Assembly (NCBI RefSeq): GCF_006345805.1 | Contig: NC_043021.1 | Location: forward strand, 28,086,001 to 28,150,000 | Source: Octopus sinensis | Taxonomy: Eukaryota | Direction: 5' to 3' | DNA length: 64,000 nucleotides | Shown: positions 12,645 to 26,638 of the stretch, in pieces | Layout of the letters: every line of letters begins with the position of its first letter | How positions within the stretch are numbered: the stretch's first letter is position 1 | Notes under the pieces: model-generated | Seen by the model: only the letters and a program-made list of their open reading frames with translations | What the model was told of the DNA's origin: nothing | Database searches by the model: none | Made by a program: the position numbers and the translations under genes

Positions 12645-13030
12645 TTTCAAATTTCGTCTACCAAATCCACTTTGATTGGACACGGGCTAAAGTAGAAATC
12701 AATTGCCGAACGTAACACAGAGTTGGATTGAACCCTTGACCATTTGGTTGGGGACCAAACTTCTCACAACGGAGCCATTTCTACGCCTGTATGTGCGTGC
12801 ATGTGTGCGTGTGTGTGCACGTCCGCGTATGAGTATGTATTTATGCTTGTGCTTGTAGCCACAACTGTTGTCGGTTCGTTTACGTTCTCAGAATTTAGCC
12901 CTTCAGCAAAATGTGTCCAATTGAATAAATACATATCAAGCTAAAACATAAGCACTGCTACAGATTTTGTTCGGCTAAGTCTTCAAAGCGGTGCCCCATT
13001 GTGTCACCAATCCAAAGACTGAACGCAGTA
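12645..13030 (-). mobile_element. SINE family B, degraded
   Basis: 'tttcgtctaccaaatccact', 'ttgaacc...accatttggttggg...aaacttctcac' and 'aaagcggtgccccattgtgtcacc' resemble family-B segments at 26345-26825. Confidence 0.6.
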
Positions 13031-13075
13031 AGATATGTATGTGTGTGTGCGTCTTTGTGTGTGTGTGTGTGTGTA

Positions 13076-15524
13076 TAATAAAATGTTATAGTTTGCTTGA
13101 AGCCTTGTATATGGAATGTGACGTTGAAAGAGATAGAAGGCTAAACAATGCAAAATGGACTGTAAGATGAGGTAACGAATATTAAAAGTAAGTTACTTGG
13201 TAATCTTTGTTCTTTTTTTGTTTTTGTTCTTATACTGTTGTTACTGTGAGTCTTATATATTTAGAGACTCAAAAGTCCCTTCCTTCAGGGTTTAAAAGTT
13301 TCTTTGGATAAATTTTTTTAAAGTGCTTTTGATGGTTATTTCGCTTTCCTCGTTAAGGACGTAAATTGCTAATATAGTATTTTGCAAATAAGTTTTCCTT
13401 TTTCTTTTTTGTATGAGATTTTTAGTTTATGTGCCTGTAGGTATGTACTTTTATGACGCGTGCTGTGTGTCGAGTTGTAATCTATTATTTATTTGCAGGT
13501 TGAATCTATGTATAAGTAAGGCTTCCTTAATTCCTAAGTTACCTACATTTCTATCACTGACTTTAATGGTAACGGTAATATGTTGGTTGATGTTTCTACA
13601 TTTCTCAATGGGATTTTTGAATGAGGATGGGCGTGTGTTGAGATGTTCTTTAATGCGAGTGTGGAGTGTTGGAGTCGTGCTACTAATGCAGGACTCCTTA
13701 CATTTGTTGCATTTGATCTGTTATGCCACATGTGTCCGCTGGCACATACCTGTATCGCAGATAGAGCGGTTAGTTAGCGAGCATCAAATGTCGTCCCTGA
13801 TTTTTATGCAGGTATCCACGCACAGAACGGCCGGAGTGTCTAACTGTATGCCCAGTCCTTCATTTCAGATAGCTGTGGTTATGCTTTCACTGAAATGTAA
13901 TTTCATGAAGCAGGTGGTAGTGGAGGTCTTTCGCTTGCAGCGCCTTTCATTCTCAAGTCGATTCCTTGTGGATGTTGGATATCCGTTCATCTTCGGTACA
14001 TCTATGAAGTGTGCAGTGTGAGTGATCTGGTCCTCTGTCTTGCTACAATTCTTCCGTATATGCGTAAGTTCATTTCTTATGTATCCGGTTTTAGCAGCAA
14101 GGGATAGTGCGGATCTATAGTGCAAAAACAAATAGGCTTGGAGATCTGAGAGAGGAACCAGGAGATTTTTACAGGTTTTTTTTTTCCAATTGACCTAATC
14201 TGTAAATTCACACTGGTTTTGTGGGTTTTAATGAGGTGGTAGAATGTTGGTAGTCTGCTGTTCCTGGTGGTGAGGTTGTGTTTATATTTGTTGGAGAATT
14301 GCCTACGTCTACTGATATCCGTCCATTTGGTGTTGATGTGATCTTCAATCTGTGATGCAGTAATGCCAGTCGCTTCTGTATATAGTTCACAGTTGTTAAG
14401 ATACTCATATGCCAAGCTGTTCTATATGTCTCTCGAGATGACGCAGACTTCTTTGCCTTCGTCAGAAGGAAGGTATATGAGGTCTTTCTTTGGCATGTTG
14501 TTTAGAAGGAGACGTTCTTTTCTGGAGAGGTTAGTATGTGCTTATGCTGCAGTAATATGTTACAATAAACTGCTTAAATCTGGAGATTTTGAGGTTAAAT
14601 TCTTGGTTGATCGGCGGTGGAGAAAGTGAGCGGCCTAAGTCGTATATAGGATATTTAATATTGTTCATCGCAGCCATTTGAGTTGGGAAGTAGTTCGGCA
14701 AACATTGGCTTCAAGATCTCGTTTCATCCTGTCGTCATCTCGTCGCTGAGTTGATATAAATTTGAGGCGAAGGCTGAGGAGTTTAAGTTCTTCGTGTAAT
14801 GGTGATCCTGTCAAATCTGTGACGAGAGTTGTGGTATTGTTTGAAGTGCCGGTGACCTCAGTGGTGGTAGTTCCTTGTTTGTCTCTGTTCTTGTACTGTA
14901 AAGAATCGTTGTTCCGGTGGTGTTTCTGGTAAAGGCAAAGGAACTTTCATTTTAGCTGTTTCTTCTCAAGAATGTAGTTGTGATGACATTGATTTACAGC
15001 AGCCGTTGTTTTCAGGTGTCAGTGACTCTGAGCGGAAAATTAGTTTTGGAAGTGTGTTGGTGATTTTTTCGATGCGTTGCTGGAGTTGGTAGTGTAAGTG
15101 CTGTTTGGTTTTCTGTATGAAGAATTTGCGTATGTAGTCTAGTGGCTGCCTGAGGTTTGGTAAGCAGAATCATGATGGTAAGTGTATGTTCTTGATTGTG
15201 TTGGATATTATATAGTTTTGAGGCAAAGTTTTAGAGAGTTGATTTGGCAAACGACAGTGGCACGTTTCTCTGATAGTTTGAATAGTTCGTTAGTAGTTGC
15301 AAACTGTGCCTGGCTCAGGCTTAAGGATAACAAAATGTTATAGTTTGCTTGAAGCATTGTACATGGAATGTAACGTTGAAAGAGACAGAAGGCTAAGCAA
15401 CAGTAACATCAATATAAAAGCAAAAATCAAAACAAAGCCTACCAAGTAACTTACTTTTAATTTTCGTTACCTCATCTTACAGTCCATTTTGCATTGTTTA
15501 GCCTTCTATATATTTCAACGTCAC
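13076..15524 (-). mobile_element. Penelope-like retroelement remnant (PLE-1) with direct and inverted pseudo-LTR segments
   Basis: Minus-strand fragments LSRKERLLLNNMPKKDLIYLPSDEG, RLPTFYHLIKTHK, KMNGYP, and a GIY-YIG-like segment QIKCNKCKESCISSTTPTLHTRIKEH. 13076-13150 is repeated at 15327-15400; 13118-13245 is inverted at 15401-15524. RT palm (YVDD) is missing. Confidence 0.85.
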
Positions 15525-16016
15525 ACACACACACACACACGCGTGTATATACCGATGAATAGATTCATAGGTAGACAGACAGACACAAATACATACATGG
15601 ATGTCTGTAGGAATAAACAGGAGAAAGAAGATACATCACACAAGAGTTCAGAAAGCCATTCAGTTTACAATTACACGTATAGCATTTCATTCCCTTTGGC
15701 TTGTTACCTGATAATGACATAAAACAAACAAACGCTTGCACCGGAACTCTCTCAGAGCTGTAGATATACGACGAATTCTTACGAGGCTTTATAATGTTCG
15801 AGATAATTCGCAACTTTGAGTGAGAATAATGATGGTGTATTTGTGCTTGACTTCGCTGATACTACAGCTTCACGTATGCAAATGTAAGTTTTCCAATATG
15901 TGCATATATGCATGTATACAGGTATGCGTGTTTGTATATAAATATATATATATATAAACATGTGTGTGTGTGTTTGTAAATTTATATGCATATATATAAT
16001 ATAATATGCAAGTATG

Positions 16017-16050
<34 letters not shown>

Positions 16051-16231
16051 ATACATTCTGGTGTTTTTGTGAGATTTTCTTCGGAACACACTCTTCATGG
16101 TAAGGAAATTTGACGTCTATCTTTAGCATATTAGGAATCCACTTTAGTGATCATTCCTCTTATTAATTGTAATATTATATATGTGTGTGTGTATGTGTAC
16201 ATATATATGTGTGTGTATAGATTCATACATG

Positions 16232-16275
<44 letters not shown>

Positions 16276-16855
16276 GTGTGTGTGTGTGTGTGTGTGTGTA
16301 TGTGATCCTGTGTATATATGTAAGTATTGACTCCATTACTTTCGTTATATCATTTGTTGTACTACTATCGCTTGTTCGTTGAGAGACTTCTTTGAGAACT
16401 TATTTGAAGATTAGAGTGAAGTAATGTTCCTTGATATACATACAATGAAAATTTTAAAAAGAGACTCATTTAAAATTTCCATATTTTATATCGAATTATT
16501 ATTACTTGTACATTCTACCACCAGCAGATACCTTGAGACGTTTATATTTATATCGCACAATTATTATTTATAGAGAGCTAAATCTATACAGATTTAACAG
16601 AACATTTATGTGAAAGTTATCAAAGTGAGATATACCACGTCTTAAATATAGCTTTAAATGTTATAAGAGTAAATACAAGGATCATGTTTTTTGTTTAAGA
16701 ATTAATTAGTTGGATTTCCTCAAAAAATTATTATTGTTTACTCGTCTTTATCCGTCTTCAAGAATATCTGTTAATCACGTAGCTTCTCTCAATAGTAGAC
16801 TATTATATAGTTAACGTCTCGTTAGTTACTATGTGACAACACTCTATCTTTCTAA

Positions 16856-16894
<39 letters not shown>

Positions 16895-18073
16895 ACACAC
16901 TCTCTCTTTCTCCTTTTCTCTCTTTCTCTCTCAGCAGCCTATTATTCTTGAAACAAATTTCATTCTATCTTTCGCTCTCTCTTTCTCTCTCTCACTGAAC
17001 GTGTCTTTCAACGAAAATAACCTGTCACTATAGTGAAAACCTTTATTTAAAGTCTGTGTTGTTTTGTTTCTATGTTCAAAGAAACACACAGAAGCACACA
17101 TACACGCCCCACCCACAGACACACACACGAGCACACAAACAAGCAAAAGATACTTATGTATACTGTTATATTGTGAAAGTGCACTTGCTTTGAAGTCTGA
17201 GTTGTGTTATCTTGACAGACTTGCACTTAAAATTCTCGCTTTTTAAACAAAACTTGTTAGTTACTATGGTGACAACACTACTTATCTGTCCTTCACCCAC
17301 ACTCTCACTGTATTTCTCTATCAAAGACAATAACTTCTCTCTTCCTATTATAAATATATGTTACGGGAGGGGTTATCTACCCTGTTGATTCTTCCCCTTC
17401 TTCTCCTCCATCGTATATACGTTGTGATAGATAGGTAGATGGATATCATCTTCTCTTTTATAATATATAAGTTTCATGCGAAATATTGCTTCCAACGCTG
17501 GCGAAATTTTACCTGATGAAAATGAAACCAGTGACAGACATCCCAAAATAGTAGAGAAAAGCCAGATGTTAGCATTGTTCGTGAATACTTGAAGATATTT
17601 TGTATGGCATTTCAATATTTGTGACATAGATCCGTGGATTCAAAGCGGCGTCTGCCCACCTTTTGTAATCGAGTGTTGAGTAGGAAAAGTTTCCTCTCCG
17701 CTGCTCAATGTCTGCCAATTGAGGAACTGAAATGAAAGCCTGGCTGAAACTTTTATTGACACCCCAAAGTATACAATGGCTAAGATGAGAATGATTGTAT
17801 TTTCCTCTGTTGGCATTGGTTCAGGTGTGTTTACAAATATAGTTCTCTGTACTTTTCCGGTCAGCTGGACACTCATACATACTCCGGACAATTGTCTTCC
17901 CCTCTCCTGATGCTGCTGCGCTTGAAACAGAAAAAAAACGCAAGCTTAGCATCACCATCATCATCGCTACCACCATCCGCATCTCCAGCAGTACCACCAG
18001 GACCACCACCACAATCATCATCATCATGAACAGCAACAAGAGGGCAGACCGTGAAAAACAAAAAGAACGATAA

Positions 18074-18074
18074 C

Positions 18075-18134
<60 letters not shown>

Positions 18135-18174
18135 AAGTAGTAGTAGTAGTAGTAGTAGAAGTAGTAGTAGTAGT
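18074..18174. repeat. (TAG)n microsatellite
   Basis: Direct inspection. Confidence 0.97.
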
Positions 18175-18589
18175 GTTGCTACATTAGCAGCAGCATATAT
18201 ATAGGGATTTCTACAAAAATGGAATATCGACATCACAAAGTTATCGTAATATAATCAATTTGGCCAACACTTGTTAATGATTGATAAATATGAATGTAAC
18301 TCACGGCGGGTTTTGAAAACAGAATACAAAGGGATGAGCAGGAATATAAAGGGATGTGCAGAAATACTGGAAGTTAATTTACACTGAATCGAATTAGAAG
18401 CAAACTTGTGTTTTAGAGAAATAGGAGTTTAATGGGAAAAGAAAATATGCTTCGTAATTCGCAAGATTCTTGATGTGCTATTGTCTGTGGAAACATACTT
18501 TGTTGTATTTTGGGAAGGTCGTTATGTCAATGAGAGACACACGCACTCGTTCATTTTCTCTTCTTTTATTACAATGAGTCATCCCCTAG

Positions 18590-18800
18590 TTAGCAAGCTG
18601 GTAGAACTGTTTATACACCTGAAAAAATGCTTGGCGGAATTTCGTCCATCTTTACGTTCTGAGTTCAACTTTCCCCGCGGTCGACGATGCCTTTCAACTT
18701 TTCGCGGTCGATAAAAGAAGTACCATTCAAGCACTGGGAGATGTAATGAACAACCCTCTTTCTCCCATAATTACAGGCTTCTGTCTATATTAGGAAGGGT
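18590..18800 (+). mobile_element. SINE family A
   Basis: 'tttacgttctgagttcaactttccccgcggtcgacgatgcctttc' core. Confidence 0.75.
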
Positions 18801-21387
18801 TATAATTAACCATCGAGATAAACTTTAAATAATTTATCTAATAGATTGCTCGATTTTCCGTTCCATCCCCCAACCAATCAGATAGGTACGTCAGAGTCAT
18901 TTCGTCGACATTCGCGTGATCTTACCACTCCAGGTCTGTCTTTCGAGTCTGTACATTGAAAATCCTTCATTGAATAACCTCGGATACATGAACAGGAAAA
19001 TTCACACAGGAGAGTTTAGCACTCAGAACATAGTCAGGAAAACAGTAACAGTGTATGATGAGGAATTTTTTTGGGGGGGGCTCTCTTCCTTTATGCTTCA
19101 TTTAAACACCAATATTTTGGCTTCAAATAAAGGTAGAAGCAAATTTCTACTTCTGCTATTTAACAAATTACCATAAAGGCTGTGTCTATAAAATTTCTGG
19201 TTGCTTTCGACAAAATCTTAGGCTTTTATGTGTTGGTGTATTATCCTAACCCTGTTGTTCATTGATAGAAATCTAATCTCTCTCTAAAGCGCTGCACAAT
19301 ATAATTTGGTCTTGCTAGCTTGCTCTTTCCTCGGAGGACCAGTTAACCTTTACATTTGTTGTTTGATCGCATGGTGCTATTACAGCGATCAATTTCCTGT
19401 TTGCAGGGAAACTATTTTACATTCGTCTCTCAATACTTTCATCATAAACCGACTCTTTTGTTCTAAGATAACTAAGTAAACGTAAATACGTAAACGAAAT
19501 CGATATCATAAACAGGAATTCACACATGAATGCGCTGTGCGCATTTTAGTAATATCAGTGTAAGACTTTGATTAATTAAACACTTAGAGTGATTAGATGC
19601 AGCAGTGATTTGGGGTTTGGTGAAGAAACGACCAGAAGAGAGATGCTGGGATTTCAAACGAGCGTATTATCTGGCTGTGTTCGCATTATAATTGGAAAGC
19701 TGGCACGTAGCCATAGTAATTATTCAATGTTTTGGTTCCAAACTTGAGAAGGATTATTTAAATTCACTTTCTGTTTTTCTTTTTGGCTTATTTCTATTTT
19801 CTCATTTCCATATTTGTATATTAATTAATATATCGAACAACCAACCCAATTCGTTTTCTTCTAACAATCATAATTCTGTTAAGGTATAATTTTCAGCCCA
19901 GGAAAAATACATTCTACAACCAAAGTAGCATTTTGGTATGACCTTGAAATGGACTGTTGCAGAAAGCATTCACTACAAGCTTCATCTCTCTACTATATCT
20001 CGGTCCATTTGCCCAACATTCAATTCCGATTCATAATTTCCATATTATTCCCAATCCGGAAATAATATGCTGATACTATCACACTTTCTCGTACAGTCCT
20101 TTTCAGAATATGTGTTGCATTCACTCATCCCATTACTGTCTTCGTAGAGTTTAGTTTTGTCTATATACAACTTGAGGTTGTCTTTGTTCCGTACATTTTT
20201 CTGTGCTGCAAGTATCAGGTCTTAAGTCTACAGTTTAAGCTTTGAGATTTTTTCCTCCATCACCGCCATACATCCATATTAACACAGTTATAGCTTTACA
20301 AAAACTCTTCACGTATCTTGCTAGATCGTCTTTGAAATACAGGTGCAGCTTTGTCAGGTGAAAAGAAGATGGAGATATAAATCTACCCCAATGCAGGACT
20401 GGTACTTCGACTAAAACATGACTAAAAAAGATTGAGCCTGGCATGATTTGAACTCAGTGTGAGAAGAGCAGGGACGAATAACCTCGCGAATAACCAACGA
20501 TTTCATGAATTTGCCAATTTACATGTTCTTTAAGATAAATACGTCATCAACAAGATCATGCCGTCTCAGTTGATGCTACTTGAAAATTAGAGTCACTTTT
20601 CACTTCTCTCAGCTGTCAAGTCGACGTTACAAATCAAACTTGGATTGAAATTATGTAATTTATTCGTCAGGTGCAGGACTATCTTTATAATCCTTGTATC
20701 CTTATCATAATCCTGATATCATTATCACACACGCACGGACGTGACAGAGGCTGGACTTGTTTTTCGCTGCTCCGACCTGTCAGCAGCTGAAGACACAGAA
20801 ACACAAATACAACTCAGCAAGACTACTGATAAACAACTGGAAGATCTACTGTTTTCTGTGAGTAATTTGAATTTCTCTTAAAATAAGTTAAAGACTTACA
20901 AATCTACAGTTTTGTACAAACAAACGAACACCTAACAAAAAAAATTTAGAAACATAAATATCTCCAATTTTGTGTGAACATTTTGTCGTCCCTTCTTCCT
21001 TGACTATCAGAATATGTAAAAATGCCTTTTATTGTAACAACACAATTAAATGCACGTTAAAATTATGGAAGTAAGCACCTGCTAACCTTTATTTTCTTCT
21101 TGACTAGCCGAAATATGCAAACATACTTTTTATTGCAATCACGGAAATAAACACGTGGAGAAAAAAAAGGAAAAAATGATACTAATTATAGATTCTCTCT
21201 GATCGTACACGACTCTATTCACAAATACTGATCATAGTCGGCCCTTCTTTGATTTTTCTGAAAGTCAAGGTCACTGTTCAACAATATAGTAGACATTTGA
21301 ACTCTTTTTGACCGATCGGACTTCATCCCACTTTATAAAAAGTAGTAGTTGCTGCTACAGCTACTACTACTGCTGCTATCAGAAGTA

Positions 21388-21435
<48 letters not shown>

Positions 21436-22035
21436 GCTACAATTAGAAACATACAAGTTGACGGTGAGATCGAGATGTTTTGCCCCATATCTGAATTATA
21501 CCGGTGGCACCAATGAAAAATCCCTTTCTTTTTTTTCTTTGTTGGGAGAAAAGAGAATTTACTGTAAAAACAAATCTTCAGCCCTCCCTCCAGCGTATAA
21601 ATTACTTTTAAAAAATATTTTAAAAGGGAAACACTTGAGAAAAAATTAAATTAAATTAAATTAACGAAAGACAAAAACATGAGCCTTCTCGCACATAAAC
21701 ACATTTATTCACACATATACCAACACACGCAGACGCAAATATTGAAGTACTAAATGGCACAACAAATAATATTTAACCGTGTGGAGCATTTTACATGGAT
21801 ATCAATATACTAAAGTTGGACCTATCCTAAAGCTACTTACAGATAAAGAAGAAGGGTTCCTGACTCGTTTCACCGTCTGCTTTCAGTCTTGGATTGTGAT
21901 TCTGTTCAGCCCAAACTTTCTCAGATTTTGTCTGCTGTTGCCTGCACCAACAAGGATTGCAACTGTTTTTGTTCTTGCTTTTAATTCATATTTGTCCTGG
22001 AGCCCATAGAAGATTGTTTTTGCCAACCATCTATC

Positions 22036-23327
22036 ATGTCGTCCAAGCCTGGCTCAGCTACCTACAGATCGAAACTGAGATCTGCGAAAAGGGCTCGCTC
22101 TGCTGATCCTATTTTGGAGAATTCAGTTGTTGAGGCGATCGATGATATCAGGCTTTCACATGGGGGCCCTGGAATCAGGACTTCTCATCAGGAAGATGGT
22201 CTTACTAACAGACATCTCAACGAGCAATTGCTGTTGCTTAGACAAGAGGTCGAGCACCTTAAGTCTGTTGTTGCTCATTTACTGAATAAACAGGCTGAAT
22301 CCCATTGACGCAGAGCCACCCTTGATTTCTTCCCTAAAGACTTCCAAACTGAAGGGATCAAAATCGAAGCGGCCAAAGAAGGCGAAAGAACCGGCGGTCG
22401 TTTCCACTCATGATCCTATCTGTGCGGATTCTTCCTCATCTGCCATTTCGGTCCCGGAGGTTCCCCAACCTGAATTGAGGAGCGTAGACTCAAACCTACC
22501 GTTTGTTCTCCCAAAAAGAAGAAACGTAGTCAAAACTCCAGTGGCGCAGTTTTAGCTGCGAAACCTGCTCAAGATCAAATCTGTTTGGATTCTCACTCAT
22601 TTGTCCTTCCCATCAATGTCATTGCTCAACCAATTCTGAATGATCTTGATGTGAGTTCATCTGGGGAGTGATGCTCCTCCAAAACGAAGAAGAGGCAGTG
22701 CAGTTCCAAACCAGGCGGGAAAGTTATGACCACTAGACCCATTCCGATCGACCCCAAATGCCTACATAAGTCTGATGGCTACGAAACCGCCCTTTCTAAA
22801 TTATCCGATGAAGAATCGAATGCCGCAGTAGAGAACAGAAAGACCATTTTGCCCACTCAAGATCAGCAATCATTTATGGTAAAGCTGAATTCACCGGTGA
22901 TACAGGCATAAACCGCCTAAAAGATGACATAAAATTTGTTTCCGTTTTAGTTGGAGAATTGTTCTCTATCAACGAAAATGTCAGTATCTATAAGGTCGCT
23001 AGGCTAGGAAGATTCCAAGTGAACTCAACCTCAGACACTAGACCATGCCCAATAAGAATAATCTTTTCTTCCGATCAGGAGGCTTCAACCTTCCTGAACA
23101 GAGCTCAGAAGCATGCCTGGGAGGACCCCAATATGGGTTTTCGCGAGGAATACTCACTGAGAGAGAGAATTCGCCAGAGAAACCTAATATCCGAACTGAA
23201 GATGAGAAAACAGATGGGAGAGAAGGGTTTACGAATCCAAGATGGACGAATAATCAAGTCCTACCTCTGGTCGCATGCTCTATTGCTGACAGGGAAAGTG
23301 AATCGAGGGCGAATCGAAGTAAAGTAG
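22036..23327 (+). pseudogene. LINE ORF1 (disrupted)
   Basis: Four consecutive broken ORFs upstream of the endonuclease; basic C-terminus typical of CR1-group ORF1. Confidence 0.7.
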
Positions 23328-23389
23328 ATACCCCCGGCAACGATGTTATCTCTGATAACCCTTATTCTGCTTGTTCCCTAATTCCCGCC

Positions 23390-26185
23390 CCTCAAACTTC
23401 ACAGCTCAGCATTGTCTATACCAATTCGTGCTCCTTATTTCCAAAGTTCAGCGAATTATTTACACTGGCCATGCGTGATTTCCCAGATATGATAGCTATC
23501 ACCGAGACTTGGCTGACTCCAGCCGTAAAGGACTCGGAAATCCACCTACTGGGCTACGCCCTCTTCAGATGTGACAGAGAAAAAAGGCGTGGTTGAGGTG
23601 TTGCTGTGTATGTTAAATCTGATCTCAAACCGTCCAGCGGTATTCTACCCACTAATATTCAACCTACAACAAAATTCGATGTCGTCTATTGCAAGTTGAG
23701 GCTATCCGGTTTTGCCTGCTCGTGTTAGCTGTCTACAGGCCGTCTCTTGCCGACCCCCAGGACGATGCTCATTTACTCGAAGCGATAAGATTCGTTTCAG
23801 CTTTTCATGACTGTTTGATATTAGGAGACTTCAACGCTCCCACGATCGACTGGCCCGCATCAATTTGTACATCATCTTCCCGGTTCAGCCAGGCCCTTCT
23901 TGACGTAGCTGAATGTTGTTTTCTATCGCAACATGTTGAATATCCGACAAGGCATCGGTCTGGGCAGCAGCCATCTATGCTGAATCTGGCAATCACCCGC
24001 TACCCAAGATCAGTGTCAGGCTTATCTGTGTGCGCCCCTCTTGCCAAGAGTGATCACGCGGTCCTGAAGTTCGACATGCACACAACCTTTTCTACGCCCA
24101 CGACTACTTCGCTGCCACGTAGAGTCTTCTCTGCAATCAATCTTGAAATTCTAACCAAGGCTTCCGCGCTTCTGGACTGGCGATCCCTGATGACGATGTC
24201 CTCAGTTGACGAACTATGGTCGTCCATCAAAGCATATGTAATCTGGTTGACTGACCAAGCAGTTCCCGTTGGGCTTCCCAAGAAGAAGAAAGCCCTGGGT
24301 GACGAAGAAGGTTAAACGAGAACTTCGACTCAGAGATATTGCTTGGGCTGAATTCAAAAATCTATATTCGACTGCAGCTTTTGAGGTGTACAAAACTCAA
24401 CGAGACCGAGCCGTGAAAATTGAAAAAGAAGAACGCTTCAGATATGAAATACAGAATTGCGGCAAATGCCAGTCGCAATCCAAAAACTTTCTTTGCCCAT
24501 GTCCAACGGAATTCCCGCTTGAACAACCAAATTGCAACGTTGATAGACTCAACAGGCGTATCGATTGAGGACCCTTATCAGCAGAGTCAGTTATTTGCCA
24601 AGGCTTTTTCAACAATTTTCAAACAAGATGATGGTCGTGAACCCCTCCATATGATAGATCGGTACCGCCAATGCCTAGATTGGTCATCACTCGGGACGAA
24701 GTCGAACGCGTTATTCAAGGCTTCGATGTCAACAAGGGTCACGGCCCTGATGGCATTCACCCACAGGTTATCAAAGCGTTGGCTCCGGTCATCTGCGAAC
24801 CTTTAACACTTCTATTCAATACGTCATTGGCGACGGGTGTTATACCTGCGGACTGGAGAACAGCGATAATCTGCCCAATTTTCAAGAAAGGGAGCCGTGA
24901 AGACCCGCTTAACTACCGACCGGTTTCCTTTACTTCAATAATCAGCAAGATGTTCGAAACCATCCTTAAGAAAAGTATGTTGCTCCACCTCTAAAACACA
25001 GCCTCTATCTCTGATTCCCAAGACGGCTTCGTCCCGAAGAGATCATGCTTGACCAACTTGCTGGTAATGGAAGAATTGGTGACGCGTATTCTGTATGATG
25101 GTGATGCTGTTGACATCGTTTTATTGGACTTTGCCAAAGCTTTTGACTCGGTTAACCACCGCCTATTACTTGTCAAGCATCAAGCATATAGTTTCCATCC
25201 GGATATTGTACGATGGGTTGGTGCCTTCCCCTCAGATCGCTCCTTCCAAGTCCAAGTTAATGGTTCGCTGTCCGACGTTTCAGTGCGAGCAGTGGCGTGC
25301 CTCAAGGTTCAGTGCTTGGGCCCTTATTGTTTTTAGTCTTCATAAATGACTTGCCCGACGACCTCACGCAACACACCCTTCTAATTGCCAATGATATCAA
25401 ACTCGTCGCTCCTCGAAGTGATATAGATGATCTTCGTCGATGCCTCCACCAAGTTTAGAGATGGTCTAACGAATTGGACCTGTGTCTGAACGTGTCAAAG
25501 TGCTGTCATCTGCCTGTTGGCTTTTCTCCTGCAACTCAACTTGATTTCGAGCCGGATCGTCTGCTGCTGGAGAGGACCGACCAGGTAAAGGACCTGGGTA
25601 TCTTGGTGGATTCTTCCTTTTCGCCTTCGGCCCAGTGCGTCCATGCTGCCAACAAAGCACGCGGAGTTCTGTTTTTGATTCGACGATCATTCGGAATGCT
25701 CACAGCAGCCATATTCCTACCGCTCTATGTCACGCTGGTAAGACCCATATTGGAGTACGGGATTCAAGCCTCTTCTCCTTATCTCCTCAAAGACATACAT
25801 CATCTCGAAAGTGTCATGAAGCTGGCTACCCGCATGGTTCTTGGTCTCAAGCATTTGCCTTATGAAGAAAGGCTGAAGACGCTCGACATTTATTCTCTAG
25901 AATAACGACGACGCCGTGGTGATCTCATTCTTGCTCACAACATCATAAACGGAAAGTGTAGCCTCTCGAAAGAGCTATTCTTCACTCCTGCTCTAGAGCG
26001 TAGGCTGCGTGGTCACTCCGAAAAGCTCTATCTGCGACGATTTCATCGCAATCGAAGGAGAGGGGCTTTCTCCGTCCGGGTTGCGGATCCGTGGAATAAG
26101 CTGCCGGACGAGATAGTGAAGATGCCGACGACCGCTCAGTTCAAAGTCTCTCTTGACCAGAAATGGCCTGAACTCTTTGCATGAA
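23390..26185 (+). pseudogene. LINE ORF2 endonuclease-reverse transcriptase (disrupted; catalytic motif reads IAND instead of YADD/FADD)
   Basis: Collinear APE and RT motifs across ORFs 23045-23596, 23689-24315, 24269-24568, 24420-24806, 24671-24994, 25049-25336 and 25474-25905. Confidence 0.92.
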
Positions 26186-26344
26186 CACCCCTGTACATAA
26201 CTCCATGTCCCCCTACAAGGCCTTGCTTTTTGCTTTTTGAGCCCCAAAATTAACTTAACTTAACTTATTCATTTCATTAATGTCTTGTTCAGCCCGCAAA
26301 GCTACCTAATCTAGGTAATGTCTTCATGACAAATTTAATGAAAT

Positions 26345-26493
26345 AAAATAGCTTGCTTACCAGCTACATGGTTCCGGATTCAGTCCCACTGCGTGGCACC
26401 TTGGCAAAGTGTCTTCTACTATAGCCTCGGGACGACCAAACCTTGTGAGTGGATTTGGTAGACGGAAACTGAAAGAAACCTGTCGTAAATATG

Positions 26494-26574
<81 letters not shown>

Positions 26575-26583
26575 CTGTGTGTG

Positions 26584-26638
<55 letters not shown>

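Larger units (their letters stand above)
21776..26267 (+). mobile_element. near full-length CR1/L2-group LINE (5' UTR, ORF1, APE endonuclease-RT ORF2, (AACTT)n tail), inactivated by stops and frameshifts
   Basis: ORF1 remnants 22036-23327 (RPIRIIF...EYSLRERIRQRNLISELKMRKQMGE). ORF2 motifs YTN, IAITETWL, LILGDFN, SDHA, GPDGI, WRTAIICPIFKKG, NYRPVS, LDFAKAFDSV, GVPQGSVLGPLLF (across a frameshift), LVRPILEY. Tail aattaacttaacttaactt. Confidence 0.93.

Noticed and set aside
17505-17535. CTGATGA-aaat-GAAAC
   Set aside because: No stem II or stem I pairing; likely chance.
18916-19176. ORF containing HTGE, suggesting a C2H2 zinc-finger gene
   Set aside because: No C-x2-C...H-x3-H pattern around it.
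21776-22035. HDV-like ribozyme at the LINE 5' end
   Set aside because: I could not fold a nested double pseudoknot by eye; it would need an Infernal/RNArobo search.
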